Assembly: GCF_006345805.1 (NCBI RefSeq)
Contig: NC_042998.1
Coordinates: 88,040,001-88,104,000, forward strand
Length of the DNA stretch: 64,000 nt
Reading direction: 5' to 3'
DNA from: Octopus sinensis
Taxonomy: Eukaryota
Positions 25,121 through 40,194 of this stretch are shown here, piece by piece (positions within the stretch are counted from its first letter, which is position 1; the number at the start of each line of letters is the position of its first letter). The notes beneath the pieces were generated by a model. That model made no database searches. It saw only the letters and a list, made by a program, of their open reading frames with translations, and was not told the origin of the DNA. A program made the translations under genes and the position numbers.

Positions 25121-25219
25121 ATGCAAGTTGATAAAACTAAACGTGTCGGCCGTTGGTATTTCGGCGGGGTTGCTAGTGCTCTAGCAGCATGTTGTACCCA
25201 TCCACTGGACTTGCTGAAG
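25121..25219 (+). CDS. SLC25A10: Mitochondrial dicarboxylate carrier, coding exon 1 (MQVDKTKRVGRWYFGGVASALAACCTHPLDLLK)
   Basis: Manual translation matches the DIC N-terminus (RWYFGG...ACCTHPLDLLK) with carrier signature PxDxxK. ATG has A at -3 and an in-frame TAG at 25112-25114. Donor AG|GTAACG at 25220, phase 0. Confidence 0.95.
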
Positions 25220-28200
25220 GTAACGTGCAGTCGTTTCTATAGGTTGCAAACTTAGAGCCACGTCTGCAGCATGTTTTTTCATATTTTCCTTAAAATCATC
25301 AGAATTTACAATGACACGCTATTTGTTCTAATTATAATTTAGAATTTGTTTCTAATCCTACATGCTTCAGCTTTAGTTATTACGTATATTTTTATTAACA
25401 GTAATGATAAGTTGGTATCGTATTCAGTGAAAAAGAAAAAAAAAACCTTTTTTAAAATTTCGTCACCTACTTTGTTTTCTTTAAACGCCCCTGTATTAAT
25501 ACAGTTATTCATTAAGAATTCCAAACCATCTATAAAAGTCCAATAAATTTCCTTCTCTATTTATAATTAGGTCCCTCACATATTTACTGGGCGTAGCGTT
25601 ACAGATTATTTACTTTTCTGTATATCCAGTGTTTATTGTTAAAGAATTGTTGTTTGAAAACATGCAGAGTTATTATCGTCTGGTACATCTCGAATATCTA
25701 TTAAACACGATAAATACCGAAATAAAAACCTGATGCTTCTTGTTTTGATTTCTAACAACAATACAATGATCGATAGACAATGTGAAACGGTGCGAACTGG
25801 TATGTTAATTCATTTGCCTAAATTTAACACTAGTGTTGAAAAATGTAAGCTCTGTACGAGTCGATTCTGTTGACTTGTTCCGATTTTTATCTGAAATTAA
25901 TTTTCAACACTAATGCCACCAAGAAAGGTGTGAAGGTCACCACTTCTTATCCTACGATTAGAGGATCTGTGCATTTAATTAAAAGAAACATAGAGTGCAT
26001 ATTTTTTCCCGCTGTAAGCTAGAAATTTGTGTTTCTTCATTTTTTATTAGGACTGTTTGTCTTTCATGTATTCTGGTCAAGGTTGTGAGATTAAAAAATT
26101 TCACTTTCAAGTTAGATTTCTTTCTACAGTACCAAGTTCCTTGCGATACTTGTTCTGCGCCAAGTTACAGACACTCCCTTGCCGCTCACCATTAGAAATG
26201 AATTGAATCAATAATTTGTTCGTCAACGACGCTATTATTCACCAGTTGCGATATAATTATAATGGCTTCTGATTTAAGCACGAGACGAGCAGTTTTGAAG
26301 GGAGGGGGTCTAATTGATGTCATTGACCCCATGCTTTGATTAGTACCTTATTTTATCGACCTGGTAGGATGAAAGAAAAAGTGATCTGGGTGGGATCTAA
26401 TAACAATAATAATATTTTCTACTATAGGCACAAAGCCTGAAATTTTAGGGGAGTGGGGTTTAGTCAATTACATTAATCACAGTACTTGACTGGTGTTTAT
26501 TTCATCTTCCCCAGCGAAATGAAAGGCAAAGTCGATCTCAGCAGAATTTGCTAAGTGTTTTGTCCAACGTAATAATGATTCTGCCGGCTCACAGCCATAA
26601 TAATAATGATTACAGTCAACATTTGGAATCCATGTAATATCAGCTATATACCTACCCATGTTGTCTTTAAGCATAGGCACACTTGGTAATTGCCTGGATG
26701 TCCAACAGGTGTAGGGACCTTATGCTAATCTATGTATACTGTGTTTGTGTATGTAGGGACAACAGAACTTTGCCCAAGGCTTTTATAATGCAGTTAAGAC
26801 AGTCCCCACTTCCTATCTTATATTTGTGGTCGTGTGTTATTTTATCTTTTACTTGGCTCAGTCATTAGACTGAGGCCATGGTGGGGCACTGCCTTGCAGA
26901 ATTTTAATGAAATAAATTGACCCCAATACTTTCTTTTTTTTTATTATCTGGTACTTATTCTGTCAATCTCTGCTAATTTACAGAGACATACACACTCACA
27001 CTAGTTGTCAAGTGGGGATTGGAGTACAAACACATACATAAAGACACACACACAGATATGTACATATGCATATACAATGAGCTTCTTTCAATTTCCATCT
27101 ACCAAATCCACTCCCAAGGTTTTGGTCAGCCCGAGGCTATATTAGAAGACACTTGCCCAAGGTGCCACACAGTGGGAGTGAATCCAAAACCTTGTGGTTG
27201 GAAAGGAAGCTTCATTAGAAATTAATATTTGTCTGGTTAAATGGTACACGTTGTAGAGCAAATGAACTAAATGTCTAACGGTGTATAGTTTTATCCCTTT
27301 CATATTCGAAGTTAAGAATCCATTTGTTTTCTTTGCAAACCCTTTGGAGATTAAGGTCCCACATGGAAAACATTGGTGATGGTGCCATATAAAAAGTACC
27401 CAGTATACCTGTAATCTGGTTGGCATTAGGAAACCAAGCCAAAACTGAATATGGAACCTGATGTGGACCCTGACCTTGCCAGTTCCTGTCTAACCATCCA
27501 ACCCATGCCAGCATGGAAAACAAATGTTAAATGATGGCGATGATGATGGCCTTATCTCTGTGTCCAGTGTATGTTTTCCTACAATACCAGATTCAACTCC
27601 ATATGCCTTATGTACATATTCTATATCTTGTTTGCATTTCTCTTCATTGAGTGAACTTTATGTAGAATATATGAACTATGACATTTAGAATCTGAATAAT
27701 TTTTTCCTTTGTTTTTAATCTTTTTATTTTAGGCAAAATTTCTACTTGTGTTCTTCATTTATGTTATAATGTTTGTCTGTCTATCTGTCGCCCCCTTCCC
27801 CACCTCTCTGGATACTATTGGCTGGTAGACTTAATCCATTGCCTTTTGACCTCTGAGTATGTTTGCTGCAAACATTCAAAACAGTTCTTTGTTCTAAGAA
27901 TAACACTTTTGACCTTCAACCAGTCTTGAAAGTCCTGAAAGTGTTATGAGTGCTGTCTTTCCACCTCTGAGTAAATTCATTAAAAATATATATTTGAAAA
28001 GCACAGCTGTATGGTTAAGAAGTTTACTTCTTTGCCATGTGGCTTTGGGCTCAGTCCTTATACATAGCACCTTAGATAAATGTCTTTTTTTTTATAGCCC
28101 TGGGCCAAGCTAAACATTGTGAGTATGTTTGATAGGTTTGGGATAAGTACTGTAGAATGACCTCAGGACGCTGAACCTTTCAGACTGAAATGCCTGGTGC

Positions 28201-28529
28201 TTTGCTGTACTCAAGAAGACCCATATTCCACAGCAAAAGTGTTAAAACTGGTCCCTCTGGAGTGGTGTAGAGCATTCATGGCAGTGCCACATAAAAACAT
28301 CTGTGCAGAACCATGTAAAAGCAACCATGCAGTACAACATAAAAGCACCCATGTAATGCAATGTAAAAGTGCCCATGTGGTTCCACATCAAAGCACCTAT
28401 GCAATACCACAAAAACACCCAGCACACTCTGTAAAGTGGTTGCTCAAACCGTTCAACCCATGCCAGCATGGACAATGGATGTTAAATGATGATGATGATA
28501 CTAAAAGAAGCCTGTTGTATTCTCTCTTT

Positions 28530-28914
28530 TTTTTTTACTCCTTTTTACTTGTTTCAGTTATTTGACTGTGGCCATGCTGGAGCACCACCTTTAGTTGAAC
28601 AAATCGACTCCAGAACTTACACTTTGTAAGCCTAGTACTTATTCTATTGGTCCCTTTTGCTGAACTGCTAAGGTGCAGGGATGTAAACACACCAACAACG
28701 GTTGTCAAGCGATAGGGTGGGGGAGCCAACACAGACACAGACACACACAAACATATATATGCATACAACAGGCTTCTTTCAGTTTCCATCTACCAAATCC
28801 ACTCAAAGCTTTGGTTGGCCCAAGGCTATAGTAGAAGACGCTTGCCCAAGGTGCCACACAGTGGGACTGAACCTGAACCATGTGGGAAGCAAGCTTCTTA
28901 CCACACAGCCACAT
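28530..28914 (-). mobile_element. SINE family A
   Basis: Same head, body and tail as 11166-11588. A more decayed copy lies at ~26855-27215 (-). Confidence 0.85.
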
Positions 28915-30334
28915 ATGTATATATTTACACATATATGTATGTGGTGATGATGATGTATGTAAGTGTGTATTTGCATTTTTGCATGTACATCTATGGGTAT
29001 TTATATGTATTTGTATGTGTGTTTATATGTATGTGTTTCCTTCTCTTGATATCATGTGATAAGTGTAATGTTATACAAGTGGTATTTTTCTATAAAAATG
29101 TGTGCAGTCATGAGGAACTATTACTGCAGTAGGAGACAGGTTAGCCTTGGCAATAGGAATGGCATCCAACCATAGAAAACTTGCCTCATTGTATTCTGCC
29201 TGACTATTGCAAACATGGACATTAAAATGACAATGCTTTGAAAGTTTCTCAACATTTATACGATCAATGTGTCAGTGAGAAACAACAATGATGCTATGGA
29301 GGCATTCTTACTAAACACCTTCTGTCAAGGAAATTTACTTTCATTTATTAATAAGTTTTCAGAGGTAGTATTATTACTTTCTTGTAGTAACAGTTGTAAT
29401 GGTGTGTTGTGACAATTAGTAGTAGTACTCGTTTCGCAAATGAAACCATGTGGAAAAGCTGTTGTAGTCATTTAGTGAAACACAAAACTGTTATTAGGTG
29501 GCCAGAATGGTGCTTTTGTAAAGTAATTGCTTCTAACATTCATTTGTGTTCATTCACCTGGTACAAAACTGCTCTTTAGAGGGCAAAGGTTATAGTCAGT
29601 TGAAGAAATGATTCCAGATTATATTTTTACAAAGCTTGCCAGTCCTGAAGAAATGAGAAGCAAAACTGACCATGATAAGTTTCATAGCTAGAATGTAGAG
29701 ATGAAATTTAATGTCTTAAGGCATGGATTATAATTTCTATCAACTTAGTGCCATACTAGTATTTAAGTGTTGTTCAGTTGAAAATATTACTAACTACTTA
29801 GGCCTTTGTGTATATACATTCATACATAGGCCTAACAGCCGTCATCATTGTCTTAATGTCCACTTTTCTATGTTCACATGGGTGAGAAGGAATTTGCGAA
29901 GTCGATTTTCTACAGCCAGATGCTTTTCCTGTTGCCAACCTTCACCTGTTTCCAAGCAAGATAATATTTCCCATGGCCAAACATGTTTTCATGGAAGATT
30001 GTGCAGCTTTTTCAGCAAGTATCTTCTACAACCTTAAGGTGACCCATAGCTTATGAGTGGAATTTGATAGACATAAAATGTGCAAAAGCATGTTGTGCGT
30101 GTGCCTGTATCTGCTATTGTTGTTTATGTTGTGTTACTTTGCATTATATAACTTAGTGGTTCAACAAATAGACATCAATAATATAAGTGCTAGGCTGAAG
30201 TAATCACTGGGGTCAATATGGTTGACTAAAACCTTGAAGATGTTGTTGACCTAGCATGGCTGCAGTTCAATGACACCTTATGAATGATTAGATTTGACTC
30301 TGTGACTTACAAGCTGCAGTGATTTCACCAATTA

Positions 30335-30614
30335 CTCTACCTTTTTGTTATCATATTTCTGTTGAGATGCAATGCCTTTGTTTCAATTAATTTTGAAAAC
30401 AATTAGGCATTTAGCTAAGTAACTGATATCGGAATAAAATTTAACAGGTGTAGGAGTGGCTGTGTGGTAAAGTAGCTTGCTTACCAACCACATGGTTCCG
30501 GGTTCAGTCCCACTGCATGGCACCTTGGGCAAGTGTCTTCTACTATAGCCTTGGGCCGACCAAAGCCTTGTGAGTGGATTTGGTAGACGGAAACTGAAAG
30601 AAGCCCATCGTATA

Positions 30615-30673
<59 letters not shown>

Positions 30674-31013
30674 ATGTTTGTGTGTCTGTGTTTGTCCCCT
30701 CACACACACACACACATACACACAACATCACTTGACAACCGATGCTGGTGTGTTTACATCCCGTAACTTAGCGGTTCGGCAACAATGACCAATAGAATAA
30801 ATACTAGGCTTACAAAGAATAAGTCCTGGGGTCGATTTGCTCGACTAAAGGCAGTGCTCCAGCATGGCCACAGTCAAATGAGTGAAACAAATAAAAGAAT
30901 AAAAGAAAAAAGAATACTTTGATGGAAGGTTTTAATTTAGATAACTGAAAAATGGGAACTTTGTATCATAAAACTAGGAGCAGTTTTGACCTGGTTGATA
31001 TCAAGAGGATTAA
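30335..31013. mobile_element. TTAA-ended (piggyBac-like) MITE split by a SINE
   Basis: The halves align with the uninterrupted copy at 38404-38634 (tttctgttga...tttcaattaattt...gatggaag...gatcact...TTAA). Confidence 0.55.
30447..30915 (+). mobile_element. SINE family A, nested in a TTAA-type MITE
   Basis: ggagtggctgtgtggtaaagtagc...ggttcagtcccactgcatggcaccttgggcaagtgtcttc...aaaagaataaaaga. Confidence 0.9.
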
Positions 31014-34000
31014 ACTCTAGTAGCTTCTTGGTCCTCCAAGCTGAAATCTGTGTTTAGTGATAACAATATGACTGTGAAGAATGTCTTTCTGTTGAAAAAA
31101 ACAAACAAAAACAGTGAAAACATAGGTAAGCCAATAAGAGAGCATCTACATAGTCATTTGATCTGCAAGAATACTAACCAAGACAGGATGGTCGTGGATA
31201 GAAAGTATTTGATCATAGGTTCAGTATTTGATCATAGGTTCTTTAATTATGGACTGCAACCTTGAAAATGGAAAAAAAATTCTAGATAAACTATGCCTGT
31301 AAAAACAAGACCAGCTGTCAGAAAGTAGGTCTCCTTGATCAAGCTTCACCAGAGGTTAAACAACACAAACACACAACATGGCAACTGATCTCCAATGAGC
31401 CAACAAAGAAACTGTAGAATAACAGCCAATTCCCTGTCAAATTCTCCTCATTTGATAATGTTGTTCTTCTTTATGGTTTAACCAATAGTTGCCCTCATGA
31501 TCTTTACAGACCTCTTGAAATTGGTAAGATTCATGTTCAGCTTGAACATCCTGTAAGTTGATGTTTGCTGGGAAAATGTGCATGGGAAGGGTGTTCCTGC
31601 ATTCTGATATTCTTCAAACACCCTTGCTCTCTTTTTTCCTGACTTCTTAACCTCATCTCTTCCAGACCATAATTTTTCATGCATCTGTTAGGTTGCCTAA
31701 TCACTGCCTCAGAATGACTATTCAATAATACTTTGCAATATATCCACCATGGACCTTTTAGCCTTCAAATTAGTTTATTAATCAAAGTTTCACCAGTTTT
31801 TTACTGTCCTCGGTGACATATATACTTGACCTATCAGAAGTAGTTAGGCTTGTGAATGAAATCCTATTTGGCAATAACCATGAGCATTGTTCCACTCACA
31901 ACAAATATAAAAAGAAATTGTTAAGCAAATCTGTACTAGCTTACTCTTCATTATCATAACTGATGTGGGTATTTTTTTAAACACTAACAGGTTGATTTCA
32001 AGGGATTTAATAGACTATTATCTAAGGATAAAGATTGTTGATAACTTATCAGTTGTCTTATAAGTGCATACAATCAAATGAAGACTAGCAAACTTTGTAT
32101 GTGTATTTTGTAGATTAGGCATTTTACATAAACAAGCATAAGACTCGAGTTATGAAAAGTCACGGAGTATGAAAGACACAGTTTCAACTAAACGAAGCTA
32201 GAAGATTATTTGAATGATTCCTTCCCATTTGGGAGTCTGTACAGTTCAGCCTCCTTCTCCTCATTATCATTTAACGTCTGTTTTTTTATGCTGGAATGGG
32301 TTTGATGGTTTGACTGAGGTCTGGAGAGCCAGCAGCTGCACCAGGCTCCAATCTGATATGGCAATGTTTCTACAGTTGGATGCCCTTCCTAATGCCAACC
32401 ACTCTGAGAGTGTAGTGGGTGCTTTTTACATGCTACCGGCATGAGAGCCAGTCAGGGGTACTGGCATCGGCCTCATTCGGAGGGTATTTTTTATGTGCTA
32501 CCAGCACAGGAGCCAGTCAAACGCCTCACACATGGTAATCAAAATCTGCAAAAGCATTGTTGTCAAATCTGTGTTCATATCTGACTCTGATTACTGAAGA
32601 ATAATAAAGACTGATGTGAACACAGATGATGTCTCACACAATGATTTATTGATCTACAGACACATCAAAATTTCTTTGAATTGTTCAGAAGGAACAAACT
32701 GTAGAAGCATCGCTCTGCATTTCGAAATGATGAAGATATGTGCTAAGGATATACAGCAAAGTAGCTCTTAGTTTGCTCTATGAAGAAACTAAAAGAAATT
32801 GACCAAAGCAATGTGTGAAGAGGATCATTGTCATCGTCATCATCATTGTCATCGTCATCATCATTGTCATCATCGCCGTTGTTGTTGTTTTAACAACTGC
32901 TTTTCTCTGCTTGCCTGGATCAGACAAAGTTCATTGTGACAAATAATAATAATTCAATTTCATGCCTTACTACCTTGCCAATCTTCTCTGCTCAAGAGAG
33001 CAAACCAAGGATAGTCACATTCATTTGGTCATAGGCTGTGTGTGTGTGTGTGTATGTGTGACTGCTACTAGAACAAGGCATCTAAAGTGAAAGGGGCAAT
33101 GCACAGAAATAAACTGATAACTAGAAAGTGGGAAAAGGCAAATGGTTTCTTATCTTAAATTGAATGACCTGATAAATAAACAATAGAGTAAATGGAAGGA
33201 GTGTGTTGAGAGAGGAAACTCATGAGGAGGAGAAAGAAAAGGAGAGAGAGTATAAAAGTAGAAGGGGTACACACACACTCACAGTGATATGTACTATGTT
33301 TGAATTCTCCAGCTTTCAGTTCCTCGCAGAAAATGTCCTAAAATGAAATGGAAGATTTGTGATACCTGTGGAGTATCTCCTCTCATAATTATTTTTGTAG
33401 TTTCAAGGATCTGGAACGGGTCACCAATTTGTAATGTCCATGCAAGGTGAGATGGTGAGAATGGCTCCTTAGTACATCACACGGTCGATACAATAAATAT
33501 AAATAGAATAATGCATATATGTGCATGAGGGAAAAAGAGAGACGCAACTTTGTAGAATTTTTAAGAGAAAATTTATTAATATGTTAACATGTGTGATTGT
33601 GTGTGCATCTTATATACAGAATAATAGACAGGCTGTCATAAGAATAATATGTATGCGTGTGTATGTAGGCATAGATGTATGCATGTTAAGAGCATATAAG
33701 GATGGCAATAAAAATTTATAAGGTTATACTGATGGAATATTGTCAACAGTTAGGCAGAGAAGTGATGGTAGTTGGGGTGAAGATACAATGATTGTGAACT
33801 TTGAACTTCTTTTAGGTTGGTTGACATTTCAAATATATGTGGATGAACAGAGAAGAAAAACAAATCGAGATAAAATGAAAAAATGTGAGGAAATGAAGGC
33901 AGGAAAAGATTAAAGATGGTACGAGGAATTTTGAAGAAATTTTTTTAAAGTGGGATATGGAAGGTGAAACTGTGTGGCTTTGTTTGAAGTTATAAGTTCC

Positions 34001-35894
34001 AAGATTCTAGGTGAAATAATTGTTGATTGATAAGTATTTATCAGTTGACTTACAATTGATAAATTTGGGAAAGGTTACTGCATTACAACAGCATCTTTTC
34101 CAGGAGCAATTTATCTGTTATCCATTGTTGTTGTAGAATTCAGAAATCTGAAGTGGATGTATGAATCTTAATGATTCAGGAGAGGATTAACTTTTAATCT
34201 GAGCAGTAAAACTAAATCTATTGGGTTAGTAAATTGTGTTGCTTGAAGTTAATACAATAATTTCTTGTGTCAACACCACCAGTGGACAGAAACTGTAATC
34301 CCTTTCCAGAAGCTATTTTGTGAGAAAGATGGTTTTTTTTTGTTGTTGAAGAATTGGGTCAGATATTAACTTCTCGTTTCAAGACTTACATAATTCATAT
34401 TTGGACATTAGTACCCTCCTATGTGTTTGGCAAGACTGGACTTCTCTGGAGCTACTCACTTAGAAAGGTAACAAAAAGGTAATCAAGTGTATGTTGAACA
34501 ACTAAACTAGCAGAAACTAATGTATAGATAGATAGTATTCAGGGTTTAGATTGAATCTTCACTTATAATAAATTAAAGAAAAATCAATTGTTGTCATACA
34601 TGGTATTAGTCTGAATTAGCATATGCAAACTGCATTCATTATCTCTGTTTTGTTTTAATATTTGTATGCTATTATAATTACAAAGGAAGCCTACCTTTCT
34701 GGTTCAGAATAAAATATTTTCTTTGAACACCATTTGAACACATATCTATTGTTTTGTGAGTATTGTATCTGAGACAAAGGGTGATTTGAATCACATTGAC
34801 ATACAAGCAACATGTACTAATATAACATGCATGATAGTTTCAGGAAATAATATATTACAACAGCAAACAGTTTACTGAATTTGTTGAATTGTATAATTTA
34901 AGCAATTCACTGAGATGTGAATACCTGGTGATTTTATAATCCTTGTAATGACTGAGGTTTTTACCATGATATCTCTAAAAATTACTAACTAATCTTGCTT
35001 TATAAAATTCATTTTAGTGGTTGAGATTGAGTAAACAAAGTGAGGAATATAAACAGTCACAAAGTCACACACACATAATTACAAACATATATATATATAT
35101 ATATATATATATTCTTGGTGAAGGCCAGTTTATGGGGTTACCCTGGGTTTCCCATCCATAAAGGGTTTAACTTTATTGTGTATCATCAGACCCCAAGACT
35201 TGTTGACCTATGACCTCTTTAAAATATGTATATATATATGTATGTATATATATATAGGTAGATAGATATAGATTTAGATATATAAGGAGAAATATGATAA
35301 ACATGATGTAATGCATGTCTGTGTGTGTGTACATACAGACACGCATAACACATGATGGACTTCTACATAGTTTCTGTCTTCCTGTTTCACCTGCAAGGCA
35401 TTCAGTTGAACCAAAGCTGCAAGAGAGGACACTTGGCCAAGGTGACAAATAGTGAGACACAACTTGAGACTGCCATAAAAATGTGAAATCTGTATCCACA
35501 TCACTGTACTAGTTTCTACATATATATATGTACATTCATACATTTATGTATGTGAAGGTCAGAAAGGTTACACTGTAAAATTGTAAACCTGTATTATCAG
35601 GCATATATCATTAAAGAGATAAATATATTTACTTGCATAAAATTTTAAAATAATGAAATGTGGGTTACATTCAGAATTATACTGTTGAAGGCAACACTTT
35701 TTCTAGGTCATCTGAATGTTTTTGAATGTTTATCTAATGATAATTTTATTAGTTTCTGATAATTTCTTAAATTGATACAAAGTTACAAATTGGAGCAGGC
35801 ATAGTTGGTTGAAATAAGTTTGGTGTGTGTGTGTGTGATATGTACTTTTTCTTTTGACTCTGTGAGGAATAATGATGAAGTTGACATTACGTGG

Positions 35895-36230
35895 GATTCT
35901 GGGCTGTTCCTTAGCCCCTGCAACCCCTGCAGTCATACGGGGCCTCCGTGATTGAGGGGCTCCATGTTAAAGTCAAAGTACATAGATGAGTCATCTTTTT
36001 ACTTTGGTTAAGATGTTGAACAAGAATTAAACTATCTGTGTTAACTGAAAATTTCAACAAATAAAATGGTAATACATTGTACCTGCAAAAGTTCTTGTAA
36101 AAATATTACATTGTTTCATGAACATGTACCAGACTTTGAGGATTGTCTATGATATCAATTGAACACGAACTTATCTTTCAGCTTGATTATTCTGAACTGA
36201 TCAATGATTTTGCGAAGTGAAAAGTGTACT
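35895..36230 (+). mobile_element. hAT transposase C-terminal (dimerisation domain) remnant
   Basis: 36140-36220 reads GLSMISIEHELIFQLDYSELINDFAK*, like the hAT LxxLSIExxxxxxLDxxxLIxxFA motif. GC-rich subterminal-like sequence at ~35895-35965. Confidence 0.6.
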
Positions 36231-38403
36231 GTGTTTGTCTTTGAAATTTGCCCAGGATATAAAAATGCTCTTTTATTCATATCTGGAAGTTTTACTTCTT
36301 GAAATTTGTAATAGACCTAAATAAATTTAACTGGTTGTACTTTTAAAGATGTTCTTTAGGATAACATGAAATATTGAATTTCAGATAGAATAAAGTAAAA
36401 TATAGCTATGAATAAAAGGTGCATAGATTATGAATTTTGATTGAAGAGCTGACACCTTGAAACAAAAAGTTACAGGGGTCTTCTAAAAGTCACACGACAG
36501 AGGTTGTGAGATTTGAACATACTTTGCAAATGGCCGCTAGAACTAAATATTGTAAGGCATTTAATCCGGTATTCTTCCATTCCTGACATAGTTGGTTAAG
36601 TCAACTTTGTTATGTGTGTTATATATTCTTTTATCCCTGACTGTGTGTGTGATTTAAACTAATAATTTACATCAGTGGTTCTCAACCATTCTTTCAACTG
36701 TGAACCCTTGTGATTACTATTTTATTCTGGTGGTACCCCACAGCCATTTGATGCTTAAAAACTAATTTTATAGATACTTCTTTCAAAGTTCTTATTTTGT
36801 TTTTCACATGTTCACTTTATAAGTTTGCAATAGTACTCTGAGGGAACATGTTTCAGTTACCAAAAACACATTTAAACTAAGAAAAACATTAGAGAAAGAG
36901 ACTTAGCTGCTTCTTGTAGTAAATATGTCTAAAGCAAAAATTTTTTTCATGGACTCTTAATAACAGATTTAGGAAGAAATACATCATAATGGGTGGAGAC
37001 CTATACAAAGATTCGAGTTCATCTTCGCAGGTTAATTAAGTTTTTTATTAATTATACCACTGCTTAAGGTAGCAACCTGGCAGAATTATTAGCACACTGG
37101 ACAAAATACTTGATTTGAGCTCAGAATGTATAGATGGACAAAATACTGCTGAGGTCAACTTTGTCTTTCATCCCTTTGGGGTTGATAAAATAAGCACCAG
37201 CGAAGCACTGGAGTCAAAGTAATCATCTAGTCCTCTCACACAAAACTTCATGCCTTGTGCCTATTGTAGAAAGGATGATTTACTTATTGCAGTAAGTGTT
37301 CACACCTTATGGAATGTTTTTACAGCTACACGGACTGTAACAATGAGAATGAAAATTGATGACTATATACATTATGGCTGTGTTGATAACAGGGGACATA
37401 TCAATCATTGGGTTTGTAGTTTGATACTTGATCAACTTTACACCATTTGTAGATCCAATGTTATTATTTTCAAACTGACATGGATTTGGTAAATGTGTAG
37501 TAATATTACATCATTTCCAATTCCGCTGAGGTTGACTTTGCCTTTCATCCTTTTGGGGTTGATAAAATAAGTACCAGTTGAGCACTGGGGTTGATGTGAC
37601 CGACTTACACCCTCCCTTGAAATTTCAAGCTTTGCGCCTATAGCAGAAAGGAATATTACATCTTTTAAAGGCTGCAAGCTGGCAGAAATGTTAGCATGCC
37701 TGGCAAAATGCTTTGTGGCATTTCATCCATCTTTATGTTCTGAGTTCAAATTCTACTGAGGTTAACTTTGCCTTTCGTCCTTTTGGGGTGTCAATAAAAC
37801 AAGTACCAGTTGAGCAATTGACTTCCCCTGAACTTGCTGGCCTTGTGCCAAAATTTCCATTATGTCAGAGCTGACATTCACTTGTGAGACAGTATCTTTA
37901 GGTGCAGATTTATCAATTCATTAAAATTTACTTTTTTGGCTTGTCTCTGTCATTGCTATCCTCTCTCTCTTTCCTCCACCATATTATCACACTTCTTTGC
38001 CCTACATGTATTGTTCATTTGTATTACATGTTCATTAGCAGCATAACCTGCATACATTAGGTTGGTGTTATTTGTTAATGTGTCAATAAGTGATGATGGT
38101 GGTGGTGGTGGTGGTAGTAGTAGTAGTCGTTGCAATGCTAATGTTAAGAAGTGATAATTGATGAAGTAGCAGTGATTGCACTGTTATGCTGTTATTAATA
38201 ATGTAACTGTCATCTTGTAGTAATAATGTATTGCCAATGTCAATCTCTGGTCTAATGTTAGTACTGGTAACTGCTTTAATGGATAATTGCTAACAAAATG
38301 ACCCATTGCTATTTCCACTGTGATCTCTAAAAGGTTGATTCTTAAAAGTAAACTAAAACAAAAGAGAATCCGTTCTGTTTACAGAGATTACAAGTAAAAC
38401 CTT

Positions 38404-38634
38404 TTAACTTCTTTGTTGCCAAATTTCTGTTGAAATAAGCTATCTTTGCTTCAATTAATTTCAAAAATAATAAAGTATTTAGTAAAACAACTTTTCCACT
38501 ATTAAGTTGGTGTTTGGAACGAAAATCAACTTGGAATTTTAATGGAAGATTCTGATTGAGATCACTTTGCAGCAGAGAGTTTGAATCATTGAACCATGAC
38601 TGATTTCAGGTGGGTGGGTATGAAAAGGGTTTAA
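38404..38634. mobile_element. TTAA-ended (piggyBac-like) MITE
   Basis: Bounded by TTAA at 38404-38407 and 38631-38634; right end AAAAGGGT-TTAA; left TIR decayed. Confidence 0.5.
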
Positions 38635-40194
38635 AGAAATAAAAATAGATGTATACTTGATACTGAACTGATCTCAAATATTAAAATGAATGTGTAAATA
38701 AAAATTATTACTTCATCTATTGATTACCTTGGTTTCTCTCTGTTATAGATACCCTCTCTTTGTTCTCCACTAAACTAGCATGATACTTCACTCTGCATGC
38801 ATTATTATTAAGAGTATTGATTTAACAAATGAAACTGCTGTACATTTAAATATTGAGCTTAATTATATTGATGTGAAGGTGGAGACAGCTGGCTGAGTCA
38901 TAAAAAAACACACCTGTACTGGTGCCACGTAAATGCACCCATGCTACTTCTATATAAAAACACCCAATACACTCTGTAAAGTGGTTGATGTTAGGAAGGG
39001 GATCCAAACAGAGAAACCATAGCAAAACAGACATGAAGACTGTGCAGCTCTTCAGCTGGTCAGCTCCTGTCAAACCGTCCAACCCAGGCCAGCATGGAAA
39101 ATGGACGTTAAATGATGATGGTTGAGTGATTTTGCTGTTTCTTTAGTCATAGCAGTTAACTCTTCCCTGGCTTTATTATATCCAGCTGTGAATAGTTGTT
39201 CCTATAGTGTGGTTCACACTATCATTGCAAGTAGTGGTATTATTGAATAACTGATGAGAAAGATTTGGACTTGTAGAGTTTAATAAAAGACCTATTATGC
39301 ATCTTGTCAGGAGAAATAAAAGCATTGACATCATCATTTAATGTCTTCCTAAGTTGTGTTTTAATAAATTTGGATAAGTCCATGCACTATTAGAGTTCTG
39401 TTAAACTCATCCAAATTTACAAACTTCACTAAGTCATTTATGCTGACACAGAACACCACTAGTTTCCTCAAGCTCTTTTACTACTACTACTACTACTAAA
39501 TGCCCCCTTCATTCATGAATGACCATGGGATTGCACCTAGAAAGTTCTCTGAGGCACAAGTCTGGGCCAGGTTGTTTATGGAAGACCAGCAGTCACCCAT
39601 GCATACCAGCCTCCCCTCTCCACACCACTGATGTTATCCAAGGAAAAGGCAAAGACCGATACAGCTTGGCACCAGTGACATTGCAACTCATTTTTACAGC
39701 TGAGTGAACTGGAGCAATGTAAAATAAAGTGTCTTGCTCAAGAATACAACACAGCCTAGTCCAGGAATTGAACTCACTATCTCATGATTGTGAGCCCGAT
39801 GCTCTAACCACTCAGCCATACACCTTCACCACCACTGCCATTTCCACATAACAAAAATGATGAGGGTGAATGGACTGACTCTAAGCATGTGCCTGTAGAT
39901 TGGAGAACAACAGTTTGGTGAAGACTCATACCTTTTGCAGTCAGGATAATCCTGTATCTGTTGGGGTTTTTGACTGGCCTTAGTTAAAGGTTCTCCTGAA
40001 TCAGAAGAACTGCATCATTCATGTGGTTCACTTAGTTTGTATACCATGTATAATTTATTTCAATATATCATCTTTTCCCTTGCTTTCTCTTCATCTTTTA
40101 TTTAAACCCCTTCATAAATTGTAGACTATACTTGTGATGTCTCCTTCATCTGTGCCCCTGTTGCAAATGAAAAAAGATTATTATTATTATTTAT

